Below are positions 1-8,578 of a stretch of DNA of 64,000 nt, piece by piece (the first letter of the stretch is position 1; each line of letters begins with the position of its first letter). The notes beneath the pieces are model-generated. The model was not told the origin of the DNA, ran no database searches, and worked only from the letters and a program-made list of their open reading frames with translations. Both the position numbers and the translations under genes were made by a program. The DNA is from an uncultured delta proteobacterium (lineage in GTDB: Bacteria; Desulfobacterota; Binatia; HRBIN30; BPIQ01). The DNA is taken from positions 288,001 through 352,000 of the forward strand of contig CAVXGR010000013.1 of assembly GCA_963761335.1 (NCBI GenBank), written 5' to 3'.

Positions 1-738
1 TCGATGGACCTTCACAAATACGCCTTCGCCGCCAAGGGCGCCTCGGTGGTGCTCTACCGCAACAAGGAGCTGCGCAAGTACCAGATCTACGCCTGCGCCC
101 AGTGGACCGGATACACGATCATCAATCCCACCGTGCAGAGCACGAAATCGGGCGGCCCACTTGCCGGCGCCTGGGCGGTTCTGCACTTCATCGGCGACGA
201 GGGCTATCTGGAGCTGGCGCGGCAGATGCTCGACGCCACGCGGCGCGTCGTCGAGGGCATCGGCCGCATCGAGGGGCTGCGGGTGCTCGGACGGCCGCAG
301 ATGAACCTCGTCGCCTTCACCTCGGACTCGGTCAGTGTGTTTCACGTCATCGACGAGATGAAGGAGCGCGGCTGGTACGTTCAGCCGCAGCTGGCGTTTC
401 AGGGATCGAAGGAAAACATCCATCTCTCCGTCAACCCGGCCAGCGTGCGCTGGGTCGATGACCTGCTCTCCGACCTGCGCGCCTGCGTGGAGAAGGCGAG
501 ATCCATGCCGTCGGGCGGTGCCGCAGAGGCGATGCAAACGGCGCTCGCCGGCGTGGACCCCTCGCAGATCGGCGACGAAGCCTTCGCGCAGATGCTGGCG
601 ATGGCGGGGATCCAGGGGACGGAGCTGCCCGAGCGCATGGCCGAGATCAACGAAATCCTCAACGCCCTGCCAGCGGAGCTGAAGGAGCGCCTGCTGATCG
701 CCTTTCTCAACGACCTGTACACCTATCGAGACGGCTGA
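1..738 (+). CDS. PLP-dependent decarboxylase/lyase, sphingosine-1-phosphate lyase-like (5' truncated by window edge)
   Basis: DLHKY PLP-lysine motif followed by AAKGASVVLYR; downstream STKSGG..AGAWA segment typical of the S1P-lyase/group II decarboxylase family. Confidence 0.8.
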   Translation, partial: SMDLHKYAFAAKGASVVLYRNKELRKYQIYACAQWTGYTIINPTVQSTKSGGPLAGAWAVLHFIGDEGYLELARQMLDATRRVVEGIGRIEGLRVLGRPQMNLVAFTSDSVSVFHVIDEMKERGWYVQPQLAFQGSKENIHLSVNPASVRWVDDLLSDLRACVEKARSMPSGGAAEAMQTALAGVDPSQIGDEAFAQMLAMAGIQGTELPERMAEINEILNALPAELKERLLIAFLNDLYTYRDG

Positions 739-781
739 GCCTGCGGCACCGCGAGGGCGCGCCGCCCAGCCGGCCCCGCCA

Positions 782-1522
782 TCAGCTGGCCAGGCGATTC
801 TCGCCGAGCTCTGCCGCAAAGACGCTGCGCACCTCCTGGGTCAGCTGCTCCACGGGCTTGTGGGCAAAGCTCGCGTAGGGAATCTCGTCGAGGACGCGGA
901 TGCGGATCTGGTGCCGCCCCTGGAGCACGAAGCCGCGCTTCGGCAAGGCGTCGGCGGTGCCGTAGACGACGATCGGCAACAGTGGTGCACGCATCGTCTG
1001 CGCCAGCGTGAAAGCGCCGTGCTTGAACTCGCGCAGCCGCCCATCCGCGGAGCGGGTTCCCTCGGGGAACATCATGATCGGATTCCCCTCGGCCAGAGTG
1101 TGCTCGCAGGCGCGCAGCATCGCCTGCACGCTCTGCTTGTCGCCTCGCCGCAGCTTGATGTAGCGGTTCAGCGACATGTTCCAGCCGATGCAGGGCACGC
1201 GGAAGTTCTCGACCTTCGATACCCATTTGAAATGGGTGAACAGTCGAAAGAGCACCAGGATGTCGAGCAGAGACTGGTGATTGGCCACCATCACGTACGG
1301 GGTCCCCGCCTGGATCTTCTCGCGTCCCTCGATGTGCACTCGCCACGCCGGGTTGAGCCAGGTGTAGAGGGATGCCCAGAAGCAGGTGAAGCGGTGCAGC
1401 ACCACCAGCCGGCGGTCGAACGGGAAGGTCACCACCCAGATCAGCACGGCGATCGGGAAGAGCAGGATCGAGCTGACGACGATGAAGGCCCAGAAGAGCA
1501 GGGAGAGAGCGCGGCGAAGCAT
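782..1522 (-). CDS. 1-acyl-sn-glycerol-3-phosphate (lysophospholipid) acyltransferase
   Basis: NHQSLLD (HxxxxD) and FPEGTRS motifs; N-terminal TM helix; alternative TTG start at 1528. Confidence 0.9.
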   Translation of the reverse strand: MLRRALSLLFWAFIVVSSILLFPIAVLIWVVTFPFDRRLVVLHRFTCFWASLYTWLNPAWRVHIEGREKIQAGTPYVMVANHQSLLDILVLFRLFTHFKWVSKVENFRVPCIGWNMSLNRYIKLRRGDKQSVQAMLRACEHTLAEGNPIMMFPEGTRSADGRLREFKHGAFTLAQTMRAPLLPIVVYGTADALPKRGFVLQGRHQIRIRVLDEIPYASFAHKPVEQLTQEVRSVFAAELGENRLAS

Positions 1523-1582
1523 CCGCAATTTCTACAATGGCGCGCGGATTGGCGCCAGATCGCCGCTCGCGGACGCTCGCAG

Positions 1583-2989
1583 TCACCGCCGGGCGTGGGC
1601 GGCGAGCACGCTGGCCACGCACGCGGTGAGCCGCTCGGCGGCCGGCAGGTGCAGGAACTCGTTTGGGCCGTGGGCGTTCGACTGGGGGCCGAGGACTCCG
1701 GTGATCATGAACTGGGCGTCGGGAAACTTCTCACCGAGCAGCCCCATGAACGGGATCGAGCCGCCCTCGCCCATGTAGCACGGCTCCTTGCCGAAGAACC
1801 CCAGCGACGCCTGGCGCGCCGCCGCCTCCAGCCACGGGGCCAGCGCCGGAGCGTTCCAGCCCGAGGCCCCGGAGCCGCACTTGAACTCGACGGTGGCACC
1901 ATACGGCGGCTCTCGATGGAAGAGAGCCTCGAGGAATGGTCCTGCGGCCCTGGCGTCGACCGTCGGCGGCAACCGCAGCGACAGGCGCACGGAGCTGAAG
2001 GGGCGCAGGACGTTGCCGGCGCTCTCCAGCGGGGGAAAGCCGGCGGCGCCGATGACCTCCAGCTGCGGCCTCCAGGTGCGGTTCAGCAGCAGCTCCGCCG
2101 GGTCGAGGGAGACGGGGCCGGTCGTTCCGTGGAAGGGGAACGATTGGTACACCGCATCGCCGAGGACACGCGCCGCTTCCCGCACCTGTGCCAGGCGATC
2201 TTTGGGAATTTCGGCGTGCAGCTGGCGCGGGCGGATCTCGCCGGTGTTCTCCTCCTCCAGTCGACTGAGCAGCAGTCGCAGGACCCGAAAGCTCGAGGGA
2301 ACAATGCCACTGGCGCCGCCCGAGTGAACGCCTTCGCTCAGCGTCGACACCGTCAGCCGGCCGCCGATCAGGCCGCGCAGCGAGGTGGTCATCCACAGCT
2401 GCTCATAGTTGCCGCATCCGGAGTCGAGGCATATCACCAGGCTCGGGCGGCCGATGCGCTCGGCGAGCGCCTCGATGTAGGCGGGCAGGTCGTAGCTGCC
2501 GCTCTCCTCACAGGCCTCGATGAGGACGACGCAGCGAGCCCGTTTGAGGCCCTGGCGCTGAAGGGCCTCGATGGCGGCGATCGACGCGAAGGCCGAGTAG
2601 CCGTCGTCCGCGGCGCCGCGGCCGTAGAGGCGGCCGTCGCGATGCACCGGGTGCCAGGGTCCGAGCCCCTCGCTCCACGGCTCCATCGGCGGCTGCTTGT
2701 CGAGGTGGCCGTAGAGAAGAACGGTTTCCGAGGTCTCTCCGGGAATCTCGGCGAAGATCAGCGGCGTGCGCTTCTCCAGGCGCACCACCTCGAGCCGCAG
2801 GCCGGAGACCTGCTGGGCCTCGATCCACGAGGCGATCAGCTCGACGGCCGCCTCCATGTGGCCCGCCTCGCGCCATCCCTTGTCGAAGGCCGGCGACAGG
2901 TTGGGGATGGCGATGTAACGCTCGAGGGCGGGCACGATGCTCTCGCGCCATTTCGCCTCGACGAAGGCACGGGTCTGCTCGGCGTTCAT
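1583..2989 (-). CDS. M20/M25/M40 family metallo-dipeptidase
   Basis: YGHLDKQP, GRGAADD, EACEESGS and HGPNE metal-binding motifs. Confidence 0.9.
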   Translation of the reverse strand: MNAEQTRAFVEAKWRESIVPALERYIAIPNLSPAFDKGWREAGHMEAAVELIASWIEAQQVSGLRLEVVRLEKRTPLIFAEIPGETSETVLLYGHLDKQPPMEPWSEGLGPWHPVHRDGRLYGRGAADDGYSAFASIAAIEALQRQGLKRARCVVLIEACEESGSYDLPAYIEALAERIGRPSLVICLDSGCGNYEQLWMTTSLRGLIGGRLTVSTLSEGVHSGGASGIVPSSFRVLRLLLSRLEEENTGEIRPRQLHAEIPKDRLAQVREAARVLGDAVYQSFPFHGTTGPVSLDPAELLLNRTWRPQLEVIGAAGFPPLESAGNVLRPFSSVRLSLRLPPTVDARAAGPFLEALFHREPPYGATVEFKCGSGASGWNAPALAPWLEAAARQASLGFFGKEPCYMGEGGSIPFMGLLGEKFPDAQFMITGVLGPQSNAHGPNEFLHLPAAERLTACVASVLAAHARR

Positions 2990-3018
2990 CGAGCGGCGCC
3001 CTCAGCACCTACCCCGCT

Positions 3019-4173
3019 TCAGGGCATGGCGACGATGGTCATGCCGCAGGCCTGCGGCGCACCGCCGATGTTGTGGCTGAGCGCCACGGTGGCGCTCTTC
3101 ACCTGCCGGGCGCCGGCCTTGCCCTGCAGCTGCTTGTAGTTCTCGTAGAGCATGCGCACCCCGGTGGCTCCGGTGGGGTGCCCGAACGTCTTGAGGCCGC
3201 CGTCGGTGTTGACCGGCAGCGCGCCGTCGAGAGCGAAGGTGCCGCTGGCGATGTGCTCCTTGGCCGCGCCTTTCTCGCAGAAACCCAGATCCTCGTAGGT
3301 GAGCAGCTCGGTGAGGGTGAAGCAGTCGTGCACCTGCGCCAGGTGGATCTCCTTCGCCGGGTTGCGGATCCCCGCCTGCTCGTACGCCTGCTGCGCCGTA
3401 TAAACCGTCGGCTTCCACCGCAGGAAGTCGAAGGCGGGATCGTTCTGCGGGTTGGGGGCGAGGGCGATGGCGACGGCGCGCACCAGCACGTAATCGTCGC
3501 GGAAGCTCTTGGCCAGCTCGCGCCGCGTCAGCACCGCCACCGCGGCGCCGTCGGACTGCGCGCAGCAGTCGTACAGACCGAACGGCCAGGAGATGATCGG
3601 CGCCTTCAGCGCCTCCTCGACGGTGATCTCCTTCTTCAGCATCGACTTCGGCGCCAGAGTGCCGTTGTGGTGATTCTTCACGGCGATCTTCGCCAGATCC
3701 TCGCGCCCGGCACCGTAGGTCTCGAAGTAGCGCGCCGCGCACAGCGAGAACCACCCCGCCGGCGTCATCGGCAGGCCGCGCACTCCGGCCGTCTGCACGT
3801 TCGGACCCGACACACCGCGGTCCTTGGGCTTGTCGAAGCCGACCACCAGGACGGTATCGTACATGCCGCAGGCGATGGCGAAGACGCCGAAGCGGAAGGC
3901 GTCGGTGCCGGTGGCGCAGTAGTTCTGCACCATGCTCACCGGCCGCCCGAAGAGCTTGAGGGCGTCGGCCACCTCGGCCGTTCCCTTCGATGGGTAGACG
4001 GCGCCGCAGAACACCGCTTCGATCTGCTCCTGGGGCTTCTCGATGCCGGCGTCTTCGTACGCCTCGTAGGCGGCCTCGACGATCATGTCCTCCGGCGCCT
4101 TGTCCCAGTTCTCGCCGAACTTGCAGCATCCCATGCCGACGATGGCGACCTTGTCCCGAATGGCATCTTTCAT
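3019..4173 (-). CDS. Thiolase, SCP2/archaeal type (acetyl-CoA acetyltransferase family)
   Basis: NYCATG (catalytic Cys), VHDCF and GHPTGATG motifs; C-terminal HNIGG in place of CxGGG. Confidence 0.9.
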   Translation of the reverse strand: MKDAIRDKVAIVGMGCCKFGENWDKAPEDMIVEAAYEAYEDAGIEKPQEQIEAVFCGAVYPSKGTAEVADALKLFGRPVSMVQNYCATGTDAFRFGVFAIACGMYDTVLVVGFDKPKDRGVSGPNVQTAGVRGLPMTPAGWFSLCAARYFETYGAGREDLAKIAVKNHHNGTLAPKSMLKKEITVEEALKAPIISWPFGLYDCCAQSDGAAVAVLTRRELAKSFRDDYVLVRAVAIALAPNPQNDPAFDFLRWKPTVYTAQQAYEQAGIRNPAKEIHLAQVHDCFTLTELLTYEDLGFCEKGAAKEHIASGTFALDGALPVNTDGGLKTFGHPTGATGVRMLYENYKQLQGKAGARQVKSATVALSHNIGGAPQACGMTIVAMP

Positions 4174-4188
4174 CTTCGCGAACCTCAG

Positions 4189-4221
4189 CCTAACAACTCA
4201 ACACCCTAACAACCAACACCC
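4189..4221 (-). repeat. GT-rich 7/8-bp-period repeat (GGTGTTG family) overlapping a stop codon
   Basis: Minus strand reads GGGTGTTGGTTGTTAGGGTGTTGAGTTGTTAGG. Confidence 0.6.
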
Positions 4222-5639
4222 TGTCTTATCGGCGTGCATTTCCAGAAGTAGTTCGGCTTGCCGCCGTACTCGTGGATCTTGCGGAAGGTGAACTCCACCG
4301 GCAGATCGAGCTTCACCTCCTTGGGCGACACGTCGGTCATCTGCAGGTACAGGCGGCAACCGCCGTCGGCCTCGGCCGTGGTGACCACCAGCGGCGGGTC
4401 GGGGCTGCCGGCGAAGAAGTCGAAGGTGAACGACAGCACCCGTCCCTTGCGGTCGGAGAGTCGCACCTGCTCGAACTGATCCCGGGCGTAACAGGTGAAG
4501 CAGACCCGCTGAAAGGGGAACTGCATGGTGCCGCAGACGCGGCATTTCTGCCCGCGGAAGCTGATGTCCTCGTCGCGATCGCGGTAGTGGACGGTCGCCG
4601 AGACGCCGACGCCGGCGCGCCGGTCGAGATCCGACGGCTCCAGGTTGCGGAAACGGAGATACTTGTCGTAGTCGGTCAGCTCGGCGCGCCGGTCGAGGTG
4701 CCAGGAGACGCCGCGGCGATCGCGAATGGCGTTGATGCGCTCGCCGACCCGCAGGGAGAAGGCGTCGGCGCCGTCGCCGTAGCTCACCCACAGAAGGCGA
4801 TTGCCCGGCACCGCCTCCTCGAGAGCGGCCGCCAGCAGCACGGGCGCGAAGGCGACGCCCGTCGTTCCCAGCCGGCCGAAGAGAGGATCCTGCACCTGCG
4901 TCTTGGGGTCGAGGCGCAGCGCCCGGGCGACGGCCGCATGGCTGCGGGCGTCGGGGGCGTAGTAGACCGCCTTGCTGAAATCCGTCGTCGCCAGACCCGC
5001 CTTGTCCAGCAGGCCGCCCGCCGCTTCGACGACGTTGTTGCGGTAGCCGTGCTCGACGACGAAGCGGTCCTCCCAGGAGTGGACGAAGGAATCCGCGTCG
5101 GTGCGCCACACGTCGATGATCTCGTCCGAGATCGAGTGGCTGTGCTCCACCTCGACGGCGATATCGTCGCGGCTCAGCAGGAAGGCCGCCGCGGCGTCGC
5201 CGAAGTTGCGCTCCAGCGCCGAGCGGGGGGCGGCGACGCGGCAATCGCTGGCCACCACCAGGACATTCTGCGCCGAGCCCGCGGCGACCGCGTCGGCGGC
5301 GGAGCGGAAGGCCGCCGTCCCGGCGCGCAGCGAATCGCCGAGGTCGGCGGTGCGCACGTCGCGGCGCAGATCGAGCGCCTTGGCGACGATGCTGGCCGCC
5401 TGCTTCTCCCGGAAGGGATAGGAGGTCGAGGCGAAGAGAACGCCGTCCACCGTCTCGCGGTCGATCCCGGCGAGGCAGTCGGTGGCCGCGGCGACGGCCA
5501 TGGTGACGCTGTCCTCGTCGAAGTAGGCCACTGCCTTTTCGCCGCCGGATGCACCTGCCTTGCGGCCGCCGCCGGAGATCGTCGAGAGCGGCAGCCGCAG
5601 CCGCGGGATGTATGCGCCGTAAGACCGAATTCCGACCAT
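4206..5639 (-). CDS. HMG-CoA synthase-like domain fused to DUF35 Zn-ribbon/OB-fold
   Basis: Starts MVGIRSYGAYIPRLRL; EKAVAYFDEDSVTMA; YGDGADA; C-terminal CRVC..FP...CFTC Zn ribbon and OB fold ending FTFRK..NYFWKC; start moved to ATG 5639. Confidence 0.85.
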   Translation of the reverse strand: MVGIRSYGAYIPRLRLPLSTISGGGRKAGASGGEKAVAYFDEDSVTMAVAAATDCLAGIDRETVDGVLFASTSYPFREKQAASIVAKALDLRRDVRTADLGDSLRAGTAAFRSAADAVAAGSAQNVLVVASDCRVAAPRSALERNFGDAAAAFLLSRDDIAVEVEHSHSISDEIIDVWRTDADSFVHSWEDRFVVEHGYRNNVVEAAGGLLDKAGLATTDFSKAVYYAPDARSHAAVARALRLDPKTQVQDPLFGRLGTTGVAFAPVLLAAALEEAVPGNRLLWVSYGDGADAFSLRVGERINAIRDRRGVSWHLDRRAELTDYDKYLRFRNLEPSDLDRRAGVGVSATVHYRDRDEDISFRGQKCRVCGTMQFPFQRVCFTCYARDQFEQVRLSDRKGRVLSFTFDFFAGSPDPPLVVTTAEADGGCRLYLQMTDVSPKEVKLDLPVEFTFRKIHEYGGKPNYFWKCTPIRQGVGC

Positions 5640-5753
5640 GAGAGAGGTTCTTTCTGTACGTCGTGATGACGGCGTTCGCGGATCGACTGCCGTCTCGGGA
5701 AAGTATCGCCGCCGGGCGCGGCAGGTCAAGCGAACGGCTTTTCCCCGTCCTGA

Positions 5754-5775
5754 CCTTCTCCCATTCGGGAGAAGG
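5754..5775. repeat. REP-like perfect palindrome
   Basis: CCTTCTCCC-ATTC-GGGAGAAGG in the divergent intergenic region. Confidence 0.55.
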
Positions 5776-5823
5776 AGCCCTCGCCCCCACGGACACGAAT
5801 AGCAGCGGTGGCATGAGCTCGGG

Positions 5824-5840
5824 CGGCACGGCATTGGCAT
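5824..5840 (+). promoter_or_regulatory. Candidate sigma-54 (-24/-12) promoter of fhs
   Basis: CGGCACGGCATTGGCAT has exact GG-N10-GC spacing, ~40 bp upstream of the ATG. Confidence 0.35.
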
Positions 5841-5880
5841 AGCGAGCAGCTGGGAACCAAACTCGCGGAGGAGAACCGCC

Positions 5881-7551
5881 ATGCCCACGGATGCCGAGAT
5901 CGCCCAGGCCGCCGTTCTGCGCCCGATCCACGATGTCGCCGCCAAGCTCGGACTGCCGCCCGAGCACCTCTCTCCATACGGGCACGAGATCGCCAAGGTG
6001 AGCCTCGCGGCCCTGGACGGACCCCGGAGTCGCCGCGGCCGACCGCGCCTCATCCTGGTATCGGCAATGACGCCAACGCCGGCGGGGGAGGGCAAGACGA
6101 CGACCAGCATCGGCCTCGCGGATGGGCTGGCGCGGCTCGGCGAGAGCGCCTGCCTGGCGCTGCGCGAGCCATCGATGGGACCGTGCATGGGTCTCAAGGG
6201 GGGTGCGACCGGGGGCGGCTACAGCCAGGTCACTCCCGCGGAGCGCATCAACCTGCACTTCACCGGCGACTTTCACGCCGTCACCGCGGCCCACAACCTG
6301 CTCGCGGCGCTGCTCGACAACCATCTCTACTTCGGCAACCGCCTGCGCATCGACCCGCGCCGGGTTCTGTGGCGCCGGGTCATGGACATGAACGACCGCT
6401 CGCTGCGCAACGTGATCGTCGGTCTCGGCGGCGCCCTGCAGGGCGTGCCGCGGGAGACCGGTTTCGACATCACCGCGGCCTCCGAGGTGATGGCGATGCT
6501 CTGTCTCGCCACCGGCGTCGACGACCTGCGCCAGCGCATCGACCGCACCCTCGTCGGCTTCACCTACGAGGGCGAGCCGGTAACCGCGGCGCGGCTGGAG
6601 GCCGCCGGGGCCATGCTGGCGCTGCTGCGCGATGCCCTGCAGCCGAACCTGGTGCAGACCCTCGAGGGCACACCTGCCTTCGTGCACGGCGGCCCGTTCG
6701 CCAACATCGCCCATGGCTGCAACAGCCTCTTGGCGACGCGCATGGCTCTGCACCTCGCGGACTGGACGATCACCGAGGCGGGTTTCGGCTTCGACCTCGG
6801 CGCCGAGAAGTTCTTCGACATCAAGTGCGCCGGGGCCGGGCTCGACACCGCGGCGGTGGTGCTGGTGGCGACCGTCCGCGCCCTGAAGATGCACGGCGGA
6901 GTGCCTCTCGACTCGCTCTCCGCGCCGGCCCCGGAAGCGGTGGAGCGCGGTCTGCCAAATCTCGAGAAGCACATCGAGAGCATCCGCCATTTCGGCGAGC
7001 GCCCGGTGGTCGCCCTCAACCGCTTCTCGCGCGACAGCGAGGCGGAGATGGAGGTGGTGCGCCGCCGCTGCGCCGACCTCGAAGTGCCTTTCGCCGTGTC
7101 CGACCACCATGCGCGCGGCGGCGACGGCGCCGTCGACCTGGCACGAACGGTGATGGAGCACGCCGAGAAGAGACCGAAGCCGTTCCGTCCCCTCTACGAG
7201 TGGAGCCAGCCGGTCCGCGAGAAGATCCTGACGGTGGCGCGCAAGATGTACGGAGCCAGCGACCTGCTGCTGGCGCCGGCCGCCGAGCGCGATCTGCGCG
7301 AGATCGAGCGCCTCGGCTATGCGGGTTTACCGGTGTGCATCGCCAAGACGCAGAACTCGCTCTCCGACGATCCCCATCTGCGCGGCCGGCCCACCGGCTT
7401 CGAGGTGACGGTGCGCAACATCCAGATCAACGCTGGCGCCGGATTCCTGGTCGTCCTCACCGGAGACATCCTGCGCATGCCCGGCCTGCCCCGTAAGCCG
7501 CTGGCCGAGTCCATCGACCTGCGCGGCGAGCAGATCATCGGCCTGCGCTGA
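5881..7551 (+). CDS. fhs: Formate--tetrahydrofolate ligase
   Basis: TPAGEGKTT, KGGATGGGYSQV, INLHFTGDFHA, HGGPFANIAHG and MPGLP motifs; GGAGGAG RBS. Confidence 0.97.
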   Translation: MPTDAEIAQAAVLRPIHDVAAKLGLPPEHLSPYGHEIAKVSLAALDGPRSRRGRPRLILVSAMTPTPAGEGKTTTSIGLADGLARLGESACLALREPSMGPCMGLKGGATGGGYSQVTPAERINLHFTGDFHAVTAAHNLLAALLDNHLYFGNRLRIDPRRVLWRRVMDMNDRSLRNVIVGLGGALQGVPRETGFDITAASEVMAMLCLATGVDDLRQRIDRTLVGFTYEGEPVTAARLEAAGAMLALLRDALQPNLVQTLEGTPAFVHGGPFANIAHGCNSLLATRMALHLADWTITEAGFGFDLGAEKFFDIKCAGAGLDTAAVVLVATVRALKMHGGVPLDSLSAPAPEAVERGLPNLEKHIESIRHFGERPVVALNRFSRDSEAEMEVVRRRCADLEVPFAVSDHHARGGDGAVDLARTVMEHAEKRPKPFRPLYEWSQPVREKILTVARKMYGASDLLLAPAAERDLREIERLGYAGLPVCIAKTQNSLSDDPHLRGRPTGFEVTVRNIQINAGAGFLVVLTGDILRMPGLPRKPLAESIDLRGEQIIGLR

Positions 7552-7559
7552 GAAAAACG

Positions 7560-7617
7560 AGGTGTTGGGGGGTTGAGGTGTCGGGTGTCGGGCTGACACC
7601 CTCAACACCCAACACCT
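7560..7617. repeat. Inverted pair of GGTGTYG-family short tandem repeats (hairpin) between convergent genes
   Basis: GGTGTTGGGGGGTTGAGGTGTCGGGTGTCGGG followed by TGACACCCTCAACACCCAACACCT. Confidence 0.7.
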
Positions 7618-7625
7618 TGCTCTCG

Positions 7626-8210
7626 TCAGGGCATGGCCTTGTGCGGCTGAGGGGTGGGCCGGCGGGTGGCGCGGGCGCGGGCGCCGACGGTCTTGCGCTT
7701 CTTCGCTGCCTTGACCGCGGCGGGAGGTGACGTCAGCGCCAGCTTCTCACGAGCCTCTTTCATGCCGGCGAGCACCGACGCCGGGTTCATCTCGTCGTAG
7801 AAGTAGAGGAAGCGGTCGCGCGGCGCGTGGATGGAAGCATCGAGAACGCCGGCGGAGGAGAGAAAGTAGGTGCGCGGGATGTACTCGCCGTCGGGCGTGT
7901 ACTTCTTGCTGATCTCGCCGTTGTGATCCTTGTTGAGGCGGATCATGACGAAGTCCTTGGCCTGCTCGACGACCTTCGGATCGTGGAACACCTGCGAGTA
8001 GTGCTTACAGTGCGGGCACCACTCGGTGTAGAAGATCAGGCACACCGGCTTGTTCGACTCCTTTGCCGCGGCGAGACCCTCTTCGTAGCCCTTCCAGTCG
8101 ATCTGCGTGTCGTTCCAGTCCTCCGCGGCTCGCGCCCGGGGCACTGCCAGAATCGCAGTCGCCCCCAGCAGAGCCGCAGCCAGAGCAATCGTTCCCGAAA
8201 TCCGCTTCAT
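7626..8210 (-). CDS. Secreted thioredoxin-family protein (TXNDC12/AGR-like)
   Basis: Signal peptide MKRISGTIALAAALL; WCPHC; PDGEYIPR; AGGAGG RBS. Confidence 0.85.
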   Translation of the reverse strand: MKRISGTIALAAALLGATAILAVPRARAAEDWNDTQIDWKGYEEGLAAAKESNKPVCLIFYTEWCPHCKHYSQVFHDPKVVEQAKDFVMIRLNKDHNGEISKKYTPDGEYIPRTYFLSSAGVLDASIHAPRDRFLYFYDEMNPASVLAGMKEAREKLALTSPPAAVKAAKKRKTVGARARATRRPTPQPHKAMP

Positions 8211-8278
8211 CAAGTCTTCGCCTCCTGAGCTGGGGAGGAAACCAGATTCCGGCCCACCTTGCCAGAGAAAACTCGACT

Positions 8279-8512
8279 CCGGAGGCACAAGGAAACGGAG
8301 AAGCAGCGTCTCCGCGTCTCCCCGGTCCCGGCGGGAACGCAACGGCGCAAAGACGCAAAGCCGACCTGCCCGAACACAGGGGTGTGCCTTTCGCGACCGC
8401 CAAATAAACCTGGCGGAACCTTCGCCTGCAGCGCCCTTTCCTCCCTCTCAGCAAACAGGCAGGGCCCAAGAATCTCAGCAGCCCGTCTTCGCGGCTTTGC
8501 GTTCCTCTCAGC
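8279..8512. repeat. Nested imperfect inverted repeats built from 8-bp-period units
   Basis: CGGAGGCA/CAAGGAAA/CGGAGA pairs with TCTCCGCGTCTCCCCGG; CGCAACGG CGCAAAGA CGCAAAG (8338-8360) pairs with CTTCGCGGCTTTGCG (8487-8501). Confidence 0.5.
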
Positions 8513-8578
8513 CCCGCGCCACCTCCGGCCAGACACGCGCCGCTTTGCTCGACAGCGCCGACGAGCCATGATGCGCCC

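Noticed and set aside
5640..5880. ZTP (pfl) or THF riboswitch upstream of fhs
   Set aside because: The conserved aptamer motifs could not be found by eye; an Infernal/Rfam scan would settle it
4198..7161. 987-aa minus-strand ORF, and similar giant ORFs at 860-3139, 27225-30470, 45635-48649 and 56852-58954
   Set aside because: Antisense or alternate-frame shadows of clear genes; expected in high-GC DNA, with Arg/Gly/Ala-rich composition and no motifs
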